This document shows, piece by piece, positions 1 through 12,242 of a stretch of 64,000 nucleotides of DNA. This DNA comes from Octopus sinensis (Eukaryota): positions 133,300,001 to 133,364,000 of the forward strand of contig NC_043001.1 of the NCBI RefSeq assembly GCF_006345805.1. Direction: 5' to 3'. Within the stretch, counting starts at the first letter, position 1. The number at the start of each line of letters is the position of its first letter. A model generated the notes under the pieces. It was not told the origin of the DNA, did no database searches, and was given only the letters and a program-made list of their open reading frames with translations. The position numbers and the translations under genes were made by a program.

Positions 1-135
1 AGGATTTATTCTTTGTAAGCCCAGTACTTATTCTATCGGCCTCTTTTGCCGAACCGCTATGTTATGGGGACGTAAACACACCAACATCGATTGTCAAGCG
101 ATTGTGGGGTGGCAAACAACAAACACAGGCACACA
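1..135 (-). mobile_element. SINE family A, partial (runs off window start)
   Basis: Matches the 3' half of copies at 1858, 26033, 33375, 35400, 46458. Confidence 0.85.
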
Positions 136-1300
136 AATACATACATACATACATACATACATACATACATACATGCATACATACATACATACATACATAC
201 ATACATACATACATAATACATACATACATACATACATACATACATACATACATACATGCATACATACATACACGCATACATACATACAAACATACATACA
301 TACATACATACATGCATACATACATACATACATAAATACATACATACATACATACATACATACATACATGCATACATACATACATACATACATACATACA
401 TACATACATGCATACATACACGCATACATACATACAAACATACATACATACATACATAAATACATACATACATACATACATACATACACGCATACATGCA
501 TACAAACATACATACATACATACATACATACATACATACATGCATACATACATACATACATACATACATACATACATACATACATACAAACATACATACA
601 TACATACATACATGCATACATACATACATACATAAATACATACATACATACATACATACATGCATGCATACATACATACATACATACATACATACATACA
701 TACATACATGCATACATACACGCATACATACATACAAACATACATACATACATACATAAATACATACATACATACATACATACATACACGCATACATGCA
801 TACAAACATACATACATACATACATACATACATACATGCATACATACATACATACATACATACATACATACATACATACATACATACATACATACATACA
901 TACATACATGCATACATACATACATACATACACACATACACACATACATACATACATACATACATACATACATGCATGCATGCATACATACATACATACA
1001 TACATACATACATACATACATACATACATGCATACATACACGCATACATACATACAAACATACATACATACATACATACATACATACATGCATACATACA
1101 TTCATACATACATAAATACATAAATACATACATACATACATACATACATACATGCATACATACACGCATACATACATACAAACATACATACATACATACA
1201 TACATACATACATACATTCATACATACATAAATACATAAATACATACATACATACATACATACATACAAACATACACACAAGCACACACACACACACGCA
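136..1300. repeat. (TACA)n microsatellite array, ~1.15 kb, in the internal microsatellite slot of SINE A
   Basis: Direct reading; source of the MYVC/HTYI ORFs. Confidence 0.98.
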
Positions 1301-1529
1301 GATATATATAGTCGAAATTTACAGAAAAACCAAAGAAACAACAAGCAGGTGTTTGATAGCTTGACGCTCAGGAAGGAGAGAGAGTCTTTTACATTTTGAG
1401 CCTACGCTCTTCTACAGAAAGGAACAAGAGCAAATAAACAGAAAGACAATAAAAAAAACTTATGGATTTAGTGGTAGCAGAGATACCCGGCGTTGCTCGG
1501 AATTAAAATTGCATAGTTTTTTTATTGTT

Positions 1530-1725
1530 TTACATGTTTATGTCCTGTGACTGCAGTCATGCTGGAGCACCGCCTTTAGTCATAGAAATCGACTCCAGGA
1601 TTTATTCTTTGTAAGCCTTGTACATATTCTATCGGTTTGTTTTGTCAAACGGCTAGGTTGCAAGACATAAACATAGCAACATCGGTTGTTAAGCGATAGT
1701 GGGTGGTACAAACACAGACACACAT
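1530..1725 (-). mobile_element. SINE family A, 3' half
   Basis: ctggagcaccgcctttagtc...ttattctttgtaagcc motif. Confidence 0.8.
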
Positions 1726-1804
1726 ACACGCGCATACACACACACACACGCACACAGACGCGCGCGCGCACACACACACATATATATTTATATATACATA
1801 TATA

Positions 1805-1857
<53 letters not shown>

Positions 1858-1858
<1 letters not shown>

Positions 1859-2200
1859 GGCGCAGGAGTGGCTGTGTGGTAAGTAGACATCTTGGTCAAG
1901 TGACTTCTGCTATAGCCCCGGGCCGACCAATGCCTAGTGAGTGGATTTGGTAGACGGAAACTGAAAGAAGCCTGTCGTATATATGTATGTGTGTGTATGT
2001 GTTTGTACCCCTAGCATTGCTTGACAACCGATGCTGGTGTGTTTACGTCCCCGTCACTTAGCGGTTCGGCAAAAGAGACCGATAGAATAAGTACTGGGCT
2101 TACAAAGAATAAGTCCTGGGGTCGATTTGCTCGACTAAAGGCGGTGCTCCAACATGGCCGCAGTCAAATGACTGAAACATGTAAAAGAGTAAAAGAGAGA
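1858..2200 (+). mobile_element. SINE family A (tRNA-like head, internal (TA/TG)n, GTAAAAGA tail), small internal deletion
   Basis: ggcgcaggagtggctgtgtggtaag head to agtaaaagag tail. Confidence 0.9.
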
Positions 2201-2744
2201 GAGAGAGTATATAAAATATATATATATATATATATAAAATATATATATATAAAATATATATATATAAAATATATATATATAAAAATACAAAATGGGACAA
2301 GAACGCAAAACACTCAAAGAGACGACACAAAAAACGGACGGGTCATTCGAAGCCTCTAATCTTCAGTCAAGAACCAATTTTGGCTGATTAATTTTGAGAT
2401 CGCTCCGATCCGGCCAGCCCTAAGATTTCTTGGAAAAAGGATCGAATGTATACGAAACAAAGACAGAAAAACGGACGATGCCACACGAATATAAATACAA
2501 AAAACAATAATAGTAATAACAGGACAAAAACAGCGGGTGTCTTACGACTTTAGACAGTTCAACTTAGCTTAGCTGGCGTATTTGGAAAAAAATGCCTTTG
2601 CGGCAGACGAAGAAAACGATGTTGTCTTGGCGGTGGTCAGAAGCCGAAAGGCTAGTTGACCGATGGTCACGTGAGAGGAGAAGAGAGAGAATTGCAGATT
2701 GTAAGTTGATGATCGAAATGAATTTGTTCCTCCATTTTCTTATT

Positions 2745-2809
<65 letters not shown>

Positions 2810-3209
2810 CAAATTGAGATAGGGGTTGTAAATGCAACCCACCATGGGATACCATATATCCAATATACTGCTAGTGCGGTACCCAACAAAGTTAATACAT
2901 AAATGTTAAGAATTGCGATACAATTCATTTATTGTATTATATGGGCAAAGGTAAAATGTTTTACCACAAATTCATAATACAAAATAAGAAAATGGAGAAA
3001 TACATCGAAATCAAATATCAATTACCAGATAATACTCAATCACATACTTTATTAAACCACTACATAAGAAACTATAAGGTTAAACATAATAATGCAGGGT
3101 AAAGTAGTGTACATGAAGGAGTGTACATAAAATAGTAATGTTATGCAATAAGTAGAATATGTATAATAGAACATAAATATAGGTACACATGAATATAAAT
3201 ATAGACTAT

Positions 3210-3336
3210 ATCTTACAGCTGTTTCGGCCATGTAGATAAGTATGTCTCATTCAACTCATATTAGCCATTTATGGTAGGTCAATATGTAGTTATAAATGAG
3301 ACATTTACAAAAACATCCTAAGGCCTCTTCGGAGAT
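3210..3336 (-). ncRNA. Minimal type I hammerhead ribozyme motif (Penelope-type), core variant CCGAAGA
   Basis: Minus strand: ATCT-CCGAAGA-GGCC-(~92 nt)-GGCC-GAAA-C-AGCT-G-TA-AGAT. Confidence 0.6.
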
Positions 3337-3519
3337 TACATATATACTTATAAAGGTGTGGGTATATACCCATAATAAAACAAATACATATACATATGAG
3401 TGCATATACTCATACTCATATACATATAAATATAAATATACATAATGATATAAATAATAAAAATTGGTGAATTTTGAGAAGGTTTGTTAATTGAATTCTG
3501 TTTTTCTGTTTGTAACAGA

Positions 3520-5313
3520 CGAAAGAAATGGGGAGGAAATGGCGAGGAGAAAAATGTTTTCAGACATAAATGAGTCAGACTTATCGACCTCTGAGGAGGA
3601 GTTAGTAGAGGCGGTCGGTAGACTGGATGTGGTACTAGAAGGACGAACTTACGCAGGAGCTATGAAGCCGACTCAAAAGGAAATAGACCTGGCTAAGTTG
3701 CCAGACTGTCAGGAAATGGTGAAGAAGATAGACGGAGACGCGAAGTTGTCACCGCCAAAGAAAAGAAGAAACAAGCTAGAAAAGAGAACAATAACTTACA
3801 GAGTTTTCGCAAACAAGAAGAAGAGAATTGATTTGGTGGGTATCGAAACGGTGGAGGAGGCTCATAGAACAACAGAGGAGAAAATAATTTTTCTCGCAAG
3901 AGGAAATAGTACGGCACAGTGGTAGTGCAGTTTAGAACTGAAGAAACTGCTAGGAGGATGGCAGCAAGAACTGTAAAAACGAACAAGTAATTCTTTTACC
4001 CTCATATCTGGGAAGAAAAACAACTAGAATCAGGGTGGAAAGAATACCACCAGATATAGAAACGGAATGGATAGTGGCAGCAATTATTATCGAAAACGAG
4101 GAAAAGGTGGACATTATTCAAGCAACGATAACAGATGGAGAGGAAGCACATGGCCTAGTGGTAAGAGCAGCGGACTCGCGGTCGAGGGATCGCGGGTTCG
4201 AATCTCAGACCGGGTGATGTGTGTTTATGAGCGAAACACCTAAGCTCCACGTAGCTCCGGCAGAAGGTAATGGCGAACTTCTGCTGACTCTTTCGCCACA
4301 ACTTTCTCTCACTCTTTCCTCCTGCAGCTTGCACCTCACCTGCGACGGACTGGCGTCCCGTCCAGGTGGGAACCTATACGCCAAAAGAAACCGGGAAACC
4401 GGCCCTTATGAGCCAGGCATGGCTCGAGAAGAAGGAACAAACAATGGAGAGACATTGGAAATGGGTGTCCAAGTAGACACAGAAGTATTAGAAAATTTGT
4501 CTGAAACGATCACTATGGGTGATATAATGTTAAGAGTATGGGTGGAGGGCAGGGCCCCTCGGTGCTTCAAATGTGGCCTGAGCTAATTGCCAGCCAATAG
4601 TGAAGGAACCAACAAAAGAACCATCAAAAGAAGAGGAAAAATCCCAGGAAAAACAGGAGACAACAGTGGAAGAGAAAAAAAGTAGCCGAAGAAGATTCAA
4701 CAGAATGGGAATCCTTAGGAAAAAGGAAGAAAAGAAAAAGAAAAAAGGCAAGTTATATTGAATCCCAACCCACCCCAGCACCACCCGCACCCTTTGTGGC
4801 TCATCCTTCCCCTGCAGACACCAAACCTACCCACTCCCCAGCAACAAGAAAACAAAAAACAAACACCCAAGGTAACGCAGAAAACTCCCGTTCCGAAGAA
4901 CATTGTGTAGGTAAATGATGAAAATTTATTTAAAATAATGAAAGACTGGGGAAAGGCTGAATTGCCAGAGGACTGGGGTGAGGACATGGAGGTGGTACTA
5001 TCTAAATGCCAACTGGATGAACTTCAAGATGAACTTAAGAACGATTACGTATTGATATATGGGAGATTAGACAGGAAAAATAGAAAGTAACTTGAGAGAC
5101 GTTACGGGGTAATATTGGAGGACTATGTAGAGTTTGATTCGATTAGGTAAGAGGGCAAGTAAGTGATGTTGACCGATGGGGCGGTTAACATCGCTTGCAT
5201 TACTCATTTAACCCCTTTTCATCTTTATCATGCGCTTATGGTTTTTTTTTTTTGTGTGTGTGTGTTTTGTATTGTCCCATTCTGTGTATAGCCCCTTGTG
5301 GGTAATAAAAAAA
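3520..5313 (+). mobile_element. ORF1-only (gag-like, zinc-knuckle remnant, K/E-rich C-terminus) non-LTR derivative, decayed, interrupted by a SINE
   Basis: ORF pieces 3539-3925 and 4035-4586 rejoin in frame across the SINE (ITDGE|TLEMGV); VWVEGRAPRCFKCG; no RT; 3' tail agccccttgtgggtaataaaaaaat shared with SINE C. Confidence 0.65.
4143..4443 (+). mobile_element. SINE, B-type tRNA head with alternative 3' half
   Basis: gcagcggactcgcggtc..ggttcgaatc head; 8-bp TSD atggagag (4135-4142 and 4444-4451). Confidence 0.9.
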
Positions 5314-5637
5314 TCAAATTCTATCGCACCTAGCTGGTATGTAATTGTACATTTGTTTCCATGTATTGTGTATTGTGTGTAAAAAACATCCTGATGAGGG
5401 GAGTGTCAGTTTCGAATATATGAAATGTATCATATCAATTGGTAGATGAACAATTTTGTAATTTTTGTATCTTTATTTTTTCTCTATTTTTTCTCTATTT
5501 TTACTGGAATTTTAATACGTCTTATATATTTATATATATTATATGATGTTTATTTATTTATATATATTATTATATTTTTAAACGTCGGACTTTATATCTG
5601 TTCTCTAGATATGAATGAATATATGAATATATGTATG

Positions 5638-5903
5638 TGTGGGATGACGTCAGCAGCTGGGTGAGCTGACCGGAAGTTGGGGCAACCGGAAGGGGAAGCC
5701 CTGAGGCGCGCGCAGGGAGCGGCGATTTCGGCCTTTCGAACGAGGGTCGTCGACGGGTGAAGACGTTGCTAAGGTTGGTGAAGCAGCTTCTATCTTTAGC
5801 GTTCGGGTCGAGGCTGTGTCGGAGGATCCGTTACCCCTGAAGGCTCTCCGTCAGAGCGAAGAGAAGGTACGCGCCTTTATATTCGAATCTCGCACACACT
5901 ACA
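5638..5903 (+). mobile_element. Gypsy LTR, complete (TGT...ACA, 266 bp)
   Basis: tgtggg...cactaca; second copy inverted at 7434-7680. Confidence 0.8.
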
Positions 5904-7433
5904 AGCTATTTCGGCGACATTGATGTGGTTGAAATCATCTGCTTTCCGAAGCCAGGCCGCGTCCTCCACCGCAGCACCTTCGATTTCCAACACAACCCCT
6001 ATCGCTATACTGCTATCATCACACCAGACGGTCCCGCATTCCGTCTTGGGCACGTACCAGTTCCCCCTGACCGGGTCTTCCGCTCTCGTCCACTCTAGGA
6101 TTTCCTGCATCATCGCCACCGTCCCTTCTCCCACCTTGTCGCCCCAACTCTCCCCCTCTGCTCGTCTCTTGGTGTAACTACATGCCGTGCGCAGCCATCC
6201 AGCGATCGGGTAGTGACCGACCAACTTCCCACACACCGAGAACAGCTCTCTCCTGCTGACGCTGGAACTCAGCTCTGGGATGTCATTCCCTCTCCGGAAC
6301 ACCAATTCACCCGATCTATCTCTTCGCAGCTTCAGCACCAGCGCGGCTCCCCCTTCCATCGACTCCGGTGGCTTCGCAATCAGTCCGAACTTCTCCAGAT
6401 GTCTAACTACCTCGTCGGCTGGCACTACAGTTTCGCCCACCAAAATGTCGTCAATGTAGGAGCTGGTGGCCTTTCTAATCTTGCCGTCTTTCCCTAGGAC
6501 GGACCTAAGCACTGCCGCCATGATCTTCGGAGCGGAATTCAGCCCGAAATCCAGCCTGGTTAAACAGTACGTCCGGCCTTTTTACCGCACCAGCTGATAT
6601 CGCCACAGTTTGTCGCTCACATGGAGCTGCAAGTATGCCGATTTCAAGTCGACAATCGTCGCTGCCTCGGTCGACTGTCTCCACGCACGTAACGTCTCGC
6701 CACAAACGTCTGTCGCCTCACCTCTCGTGTGACACGATATATGCTGGTTTAGCTCCCTGAAGTCCAGCACCGGTCTGACTTTTCCCTTCGTAGGCTGCAC
6801 CACCGCTATCAGGGATAGCCCTCCGCCCGCTACCTCCTCCTTCCAAGGGACAAGGACCCCTTCCTCGATCCACCTCTCCACCTCGTCTTCAAACTCAACC
6901 CTCGCGTGGCCTTTCAGGGTATGCTGGTAACAGCTTACCCTGTTTGCCAGCGTCGGGGGCTCGTCCTTCCATCGCCACTCTATCGTCCACCGCTGACCAT
7001 CGAACGCCGCCTGAAAGTCTTTGTCCTCGATGGTGTAAGCGGCGCATCCCCTCGCGGGGCTCTGCTCTCTCTGGCGATCCTGACTCGCAGTGCACGACGC
7101 ACCCACGCTTCCGAACGTGACCACATTTCCCACAACACTGACGCCACCGAGGCACAATTACCTGCAGCCTTAGCGTCGCGCCGCGCACCACTATCTCTAC
7201 CTTGCTGCTGCCTCTGCAACGGATTTCGCTGCCGTCGACCGCCCGGACGCTACTTGCCCCGTTCCATTCCTTCGTCACCCTCGAAGTCACAAGGGAGGTC
7301 GTACAGCCCGTATCCACGAGGGCCCTGAACGTCTTCCCCTCGGCCTCCACGTCAATTAATGGCAGCGTCTCCAATAGCGCCTCTACTCGTTTGCGGGGAA
7401 AGTTCGAGAGGCAGCAACTTCCCCGCGGTCGTT
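5904..7433 (-). pseudogene. Gypsy pol fragment: protease (ALVDTG), RT (RPVLDFR, DLKSAY, YIDD), RNase H N-terminal half
   Basis: Track ORFs 6895-7374, 6582-7157, 5877-6521; frameshifted. Confidence 0.92.
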
Positions 7434-7680
7434 TGTGCGAGATTCGAATATAAAGGCGCCTACCTTCTCTTCGCTCTGACGGAGAGCCTTCAGGGGTAAC
7501 GGATCCTCCGACACAGCCCCGACCCGAACGCTAAAGATAGCAGCTGCTTCACCCAAACTTAGCAAAGTCTTCACCCGTCGACGACCCTCGTTCGAAAGGC
7601 CGAAATCGCCGCTCCCTGCGCGCGCCTCAGGGCTCCCCTTCCGGTTGCCCCAACTTCCGGTCAGCTCACCCAGCTACTGA
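7434..7680 (-). mobile_element. Gypsy LTR copy, inverted and trimmed at both ends
   Basis: Reverse complement of ~5650-5896 with few differences. Confidence 0.9.
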
Positions 7681-8345
7681 AGAGACTGCATGCTATGCAT
7701 CACCTGGGTGTGGACAGGACCCTGTATCTGGCGAAGAAAATTGATGCTGACGTCACTAGGAGAAGCATCCGGAAGGTGGTCGGGAGCTTCGACAGGTGTC
7801 AGTCCATCGACCCTGCTCCGTGTGGGCATGAACGGAGAAACCTTTCGGTGGAGCAGAACTGGAAAAGGCTAGCTGTGGATGTGACACACTACCTCTCCAT
7901 GGTCGACTGCGGGCCAGGCCGGCTGGCCATTTGGAGGGAGTTGAGAACGGGCATTGCTGACGAGATCGCGCAGATCCTGAACGGGATATTTTTAGAGAGA
8001 GGTCCCGTGGAAGAACTACTGATGGACAACGGTGCGGCGTTTCGTTCGGAAGCATTGAGGGTTATGCTTGATTGGTGAAATGTGCGTCGCTTGTTCAGAG
8101 CAGCGTATAGGCCGAGCGGTAACGGGATCATGGAGAGGCACCATCGGACAGTCAAGGCCATAGCGGAAAGAGGGCACATTTCGCCGCTTAAAGCAGTTTT
8201 TTGGTACAACTTGTCTCCCCGATCCGGACAAGCTGAGGAATCTGTGCCGCAGAGAGCGGTCAATTCCAGAAACAACGTCTCCGTGGATGGAATGCCGCGA
8301 CACGTCTTGGACCTTCGCAGGATTGTCGCTTCGACGGACGACGAC
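7678..8345 (+). pseudogene. Gypsy integrase fragment (HH..C Zn finger, DVTH..MDNG..ERHH catalytic core)
   Basis: Track ORFs 7695-8078 and 8082-8660 up to NSRNNVSVDGMPRH; in-frame stop. Confidence 0.9.
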
Positions 8346-8677
8346 TCTAGAATTTCTTCAATTGGAATTTACCTATCATTTTTACAAGTAGATTCCATCG
8401 GGTCGTGGCATGTAAAGTTTTTTTCAATTTCACCCCCAATTAAGCAAAAATTCGAGAAAAGTAAATATTTTATGATCTCTCTCTTTCATTTCAAGTGCTT
8501 CACTCCTCCCATTACCACCACACTTTCTGCTACTTTCTCTTTGCAAGTGTACACACACATAGACACGCAAACATATACGATAGCCTCTCTCATTTCAAAT
8601 GCTTTCCTCCGTTTTTTTTCGGGAAGTTCTTTTGAACTTGGTGTGCATCGGAAGCATTGATGTACATGTGTGCGTGC

Positions 8678-8682
<5 letters not shown>

Positions 8683-8755
<73 letters not shown>
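8683..8755. repeat. (TG)n microsatellite
   Basis: Direct reading. Confidence 0.95.
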
Positions 8756-8758
<3 letters not shown>

Positions 8759-9344
8759 ATGGGGTGTGCGACACAGAAAGTGTGGTGTGTAAGTGAAGTG
8801 CTTTTGTTAGTGTGTGTAAAGAGACAGAGAGAGTAATGTTGCGCTGTGTGTGTATGTGTGAAAGACAGAGATAACTGAACTTTTTTTATTCACTTTTTGT
8901 AGTGAGTGACTGAGAGAGAAAAGAAAAGAGAGAGGTTATGTATGTATATATGTATGTATGGCTTCAGTGACACACACACAAAAACACATACTTACGTACA
9001 CCTAAAGCACGCACACACACAAGCGGAGCGCGAACTTGAAAAGAACTTCGTGCGCTATCTATCTGGTTTGCCATTCCTCACACACACGCATACACATACA
9101 TATATGACAGTGACAAACACAAACGTTTCAAACAACTATATACAAACACTAAAACACACACACACACACACGTGTGTGTTTGTTATTAGTAAAAAAGGCG
9201 CCAAACACAATTCACTTCTCATTCGAACACATTTGCAAAAACACACCGACGGTCGAATTGCCATACCAATACAGAAAAGGTAAATTGGTTTTTAATTTAC
9301 TTTCTGTCGTTAAATTTTGGTAGTATTAATTGGCGAGCGTACTT

Positions 9345-11205
9345 CTGTTGTCAATTATTGACAGAAAGAAATTGTAAGCTAATAATGAGTGAGTTGTATC
9401 CAGGTATGGGTGGCTTATCCGGTATTCCTTGAAGAAATCTGTTCAGACTCCGTTTAAAGTTGATGGGTTCCTTTTCCTCTTTGATCTCTTTCGGGACAAT
9501 GTTAAACAGGGAAGGGCCTGTTGAGGAAAAGAAATTATGTTGCAGTGTACCTACATGCTGTGATCCTGAATTGGGCAAGGGACGTATGGTCGTGGTCCCA
9601 GTCTTGGATGAACCTTGAAACTAATGTTAAGGTCGTTTGGGCAAAGTTGGCGGTATATTCTCCACATCGTCCAAATGATGTACCGCTCGCGGCGGCGCTG
9701 GAGAGAGTAGAGTTTCAAGGCTTTAAGGCGGTCCCAATAATCGAGAGCAGTCATGCCTTCAATTCGTTTAGTGAGTGCCCTCTGGGGTGATTCAATCCTC
9801 GAGATGTTTTGTCTTGTATGGGGAGACCACAGTGGGCAGCAGTATTCGAAGTGTGGCTGTACAAAGGAGGAGAAAAGTGGTATGATGACACCTTGTTCTC
9901 TGGACCGGAAGGTTCTTAAGATCCAGGAGCTCATCCTACGAGCTATATCGACCTTATTGTTGATGTGTGCACTCCAACTGAGATCGTCATCAACAATTAC
10001 ACCCAGGTCTCTGATATTGCTAGAGGCTGTGAGCGGTTCCCCTAAAGGAAGAGAGTATGGCTGTTTTAGTGTGGACTTTCATCCAAAATGCATCAGCTCA
10101 AATTTTCCCTCGTTCAGTTGCATTTTGTTTCTGTCTGCCCATTGACTCACAGCATATAGATCAGACTGGAGTTGAGTTCTGTCTGCTTCTTCATTGATGA
10201 TTTGCTGGAGCTTAGTGTCATCAGCAAATATTTTCACTTTGCAGTGATGTACGACACTGGAAAGGTCATTTATACAAATTATAAAGAGGAGCGGGCCCAA
10301 GACAGTCCCATGGGGGACTCCGCTGGTGACTTTGCTGGGCTTGAGTGGACTCCATCGACTACAACATGTGTTCTATTCGCCAGGAAATAGTTAATCCAGT
10401 GTAGAAGTTTTCCACGGATTCCAACATTTGCCAATTTTGAGAGTAGAATATTATGGTCAACCCTGTCGAACGCTTTACTGAAGTCAAGATATATGACATC
10501 ATAGTTCGAACCTGTTCCCAAGGCTTTGAGTATATCTTCAATGTGGTGTAAGAGCTGTGTTAGACAGTCCCTGCCACAGCGAAAGCCATGCTGATTTACA
10601 TTTAGGAGTTTGTGGGTCTCCAGGAAGTCAGCTATCCTTGATCTTAACACTCTTTCAAACACTTTAATGATGTGGGAGGTGAGTGAGATTGGACGATAGT
10701 TGACTGCAAGGGATCTGTTTCCCTGTTTGAAAACCGGGATGATAGACTGGGATAGAAGCTGTTTCAGTATATAACTTGAGTCTAACGAATTTCTCCAGAG
10801 GTTGGTCAGAGGGACTGCAAGTTGGTGTCTACATTCCTTCAGGAGACTAGCGGGGAATCTATCAGGGCCTACAGCAGAGTAGTATTTGACCTCATTTATT
10901 GCTGCTGTGATGTCAGAGGCAGTGAAGGTTATGTCTGAGATTTTATGTTGAGAATCAACTTCGTTCGCTTCTCTTACGTCAATGTCAGTGGGATCACTAA
11001 AGACAGAGCAGTATTGTTTCTGCAGTATTTCTGCCATTTCTTTAGCATCGTGTTGGGGAATGCCGTTATCATCGATCAATGGCCCAATGGGTGAGACAGT
11101 GGTACTATGCTTTATTTGCATAAGAATAGAATACTTTTGGGTTCTGTTTGATGTTTTTGATTACCCACTGTTCCTCCACAGCTCTTTGATTTTCAATGGA
11201 GGTTT
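9345..11205 (-). mobile_element. 5'-truncated CR1/L2-group LINE, RT domain, decayed
   Basis: NYRPISLTS, QHGFR, YLDFSKAFD, GPLLF..INDL, FADDTKL across ORFs 10279-11121, 10079-10300, 9551-9934. Confidence 0.92.
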
Positions 11206-11217
11206 TCATACATAACT

Positions 11218-12242
11218 TAAAAATAGGGAGTGTATTAATAGGGTCAAATCGAAAACAGGAAGAGTGGAATAAAGAAAGAGAAAAAGAAGAGAAAAAAGAA
11301 GAAAAGAGAGAGAAGAAGGAGAAGAAAGTAAGAAGAAAAATAATAAAATAATTAAAAAAATAAAAATACAGGAAGAGGAGAAAAAGAAAAAGGAAAAACA
11401 AAGATATAGATAAGGGATCATTCATTATTACTAACCCTCTCTCTGCCCCATCACTTAGACTCTACTGGGGGAAGCACTCCGTCGGTTACGATGACGAGGG
11501 TTCCGGTTGATCCGAATCAACGGAACAGCCTGCTCATGAAATTAACGTGTAAGTGGCTGAGCACTCCACAGACACGTGTACCCTTAACGTAGTTCTCGGG
11601 GATATTCAGCGTGACACAGAGAGTGACAAGGCCGGCCCTTTGAAATATAGGTACAACAGAAACAGGAAGTAAGAGTGGGAGAAAGTTGTGGTGAAAGAGT
11701 ACAGCAGGGATCACCACCATCCCCTGCTGGAGCGTCGTGGAGCTTTAAGGTGTTTTCGCTCAATAAACACTCACAACGCCCGGTCTGGGAATCGAAACCG
11801 CGATCCTATGACCGCGAGTCCGCTGCCCTAACCACTGGACCATTGCGCCTCCACACTTACTTAGACTCTACTACTACACATTTGTCACTCCTTTATCTTT
11901 TATCACCCCGCCCTCCCCCATTCCTTCTATCTTTTTACACTCTCTATCACCCTTTATCTCCCCCACCCCTACTTTCAAATTATCTCCACTGACCACCACT
12001 ACCTGGTACGCTTTCCCTTATCTATAACTTTGTTTTCCATTTTCGTTTTTCCTTTTTTGTTTTTTTTCTCTCCTTTATTCCTCTCTTCTTGTATTTTTAT
12101 TTTTTAAATTATTTTATCATTTTTCTTCTTACTTTCTTCTCCTTCCTCTCTCTCTTTTCTTCTTTTTTCTCTTCTTTTTCTCTTTCTTTATTCCTCTCTT
12201 CCTGTTTTCGATTTGACCCTATTAATACACTCCCTATTTTTA
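11218..12242. repeat. Inverted duplication of a purine-rich ~200-bp segment (11218-11417 and 12014-12242)
   Basis: taaaaatagggagtgtattaatagggtcaaatcgaaaacagg... and its reverse complement. Confidence 0.9.
11467..11858 (-). mobile_element. SINE family B (tRNA-Arg-like head), full length
   Basis: 14-bp TSD acttagactctact at 11453-11466 and 11859-11872. Confidence 0.95.

Noticed and set aside
57-1364. Long ORFs of MYVC/HTYI repeats
   Set aside because: Translations of a (TACA)n microsatellite that has no stops in several frames
5385-5450. Second hammerhead candidate (catc-CTGATGA...GAAA...GTA-gatg)
   Set aside because: Stem I and core half fit, but stems II and III do not pair convincingly; at best a decayed relic. 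Similar weak cases near 1390-1420 and 2340-2375
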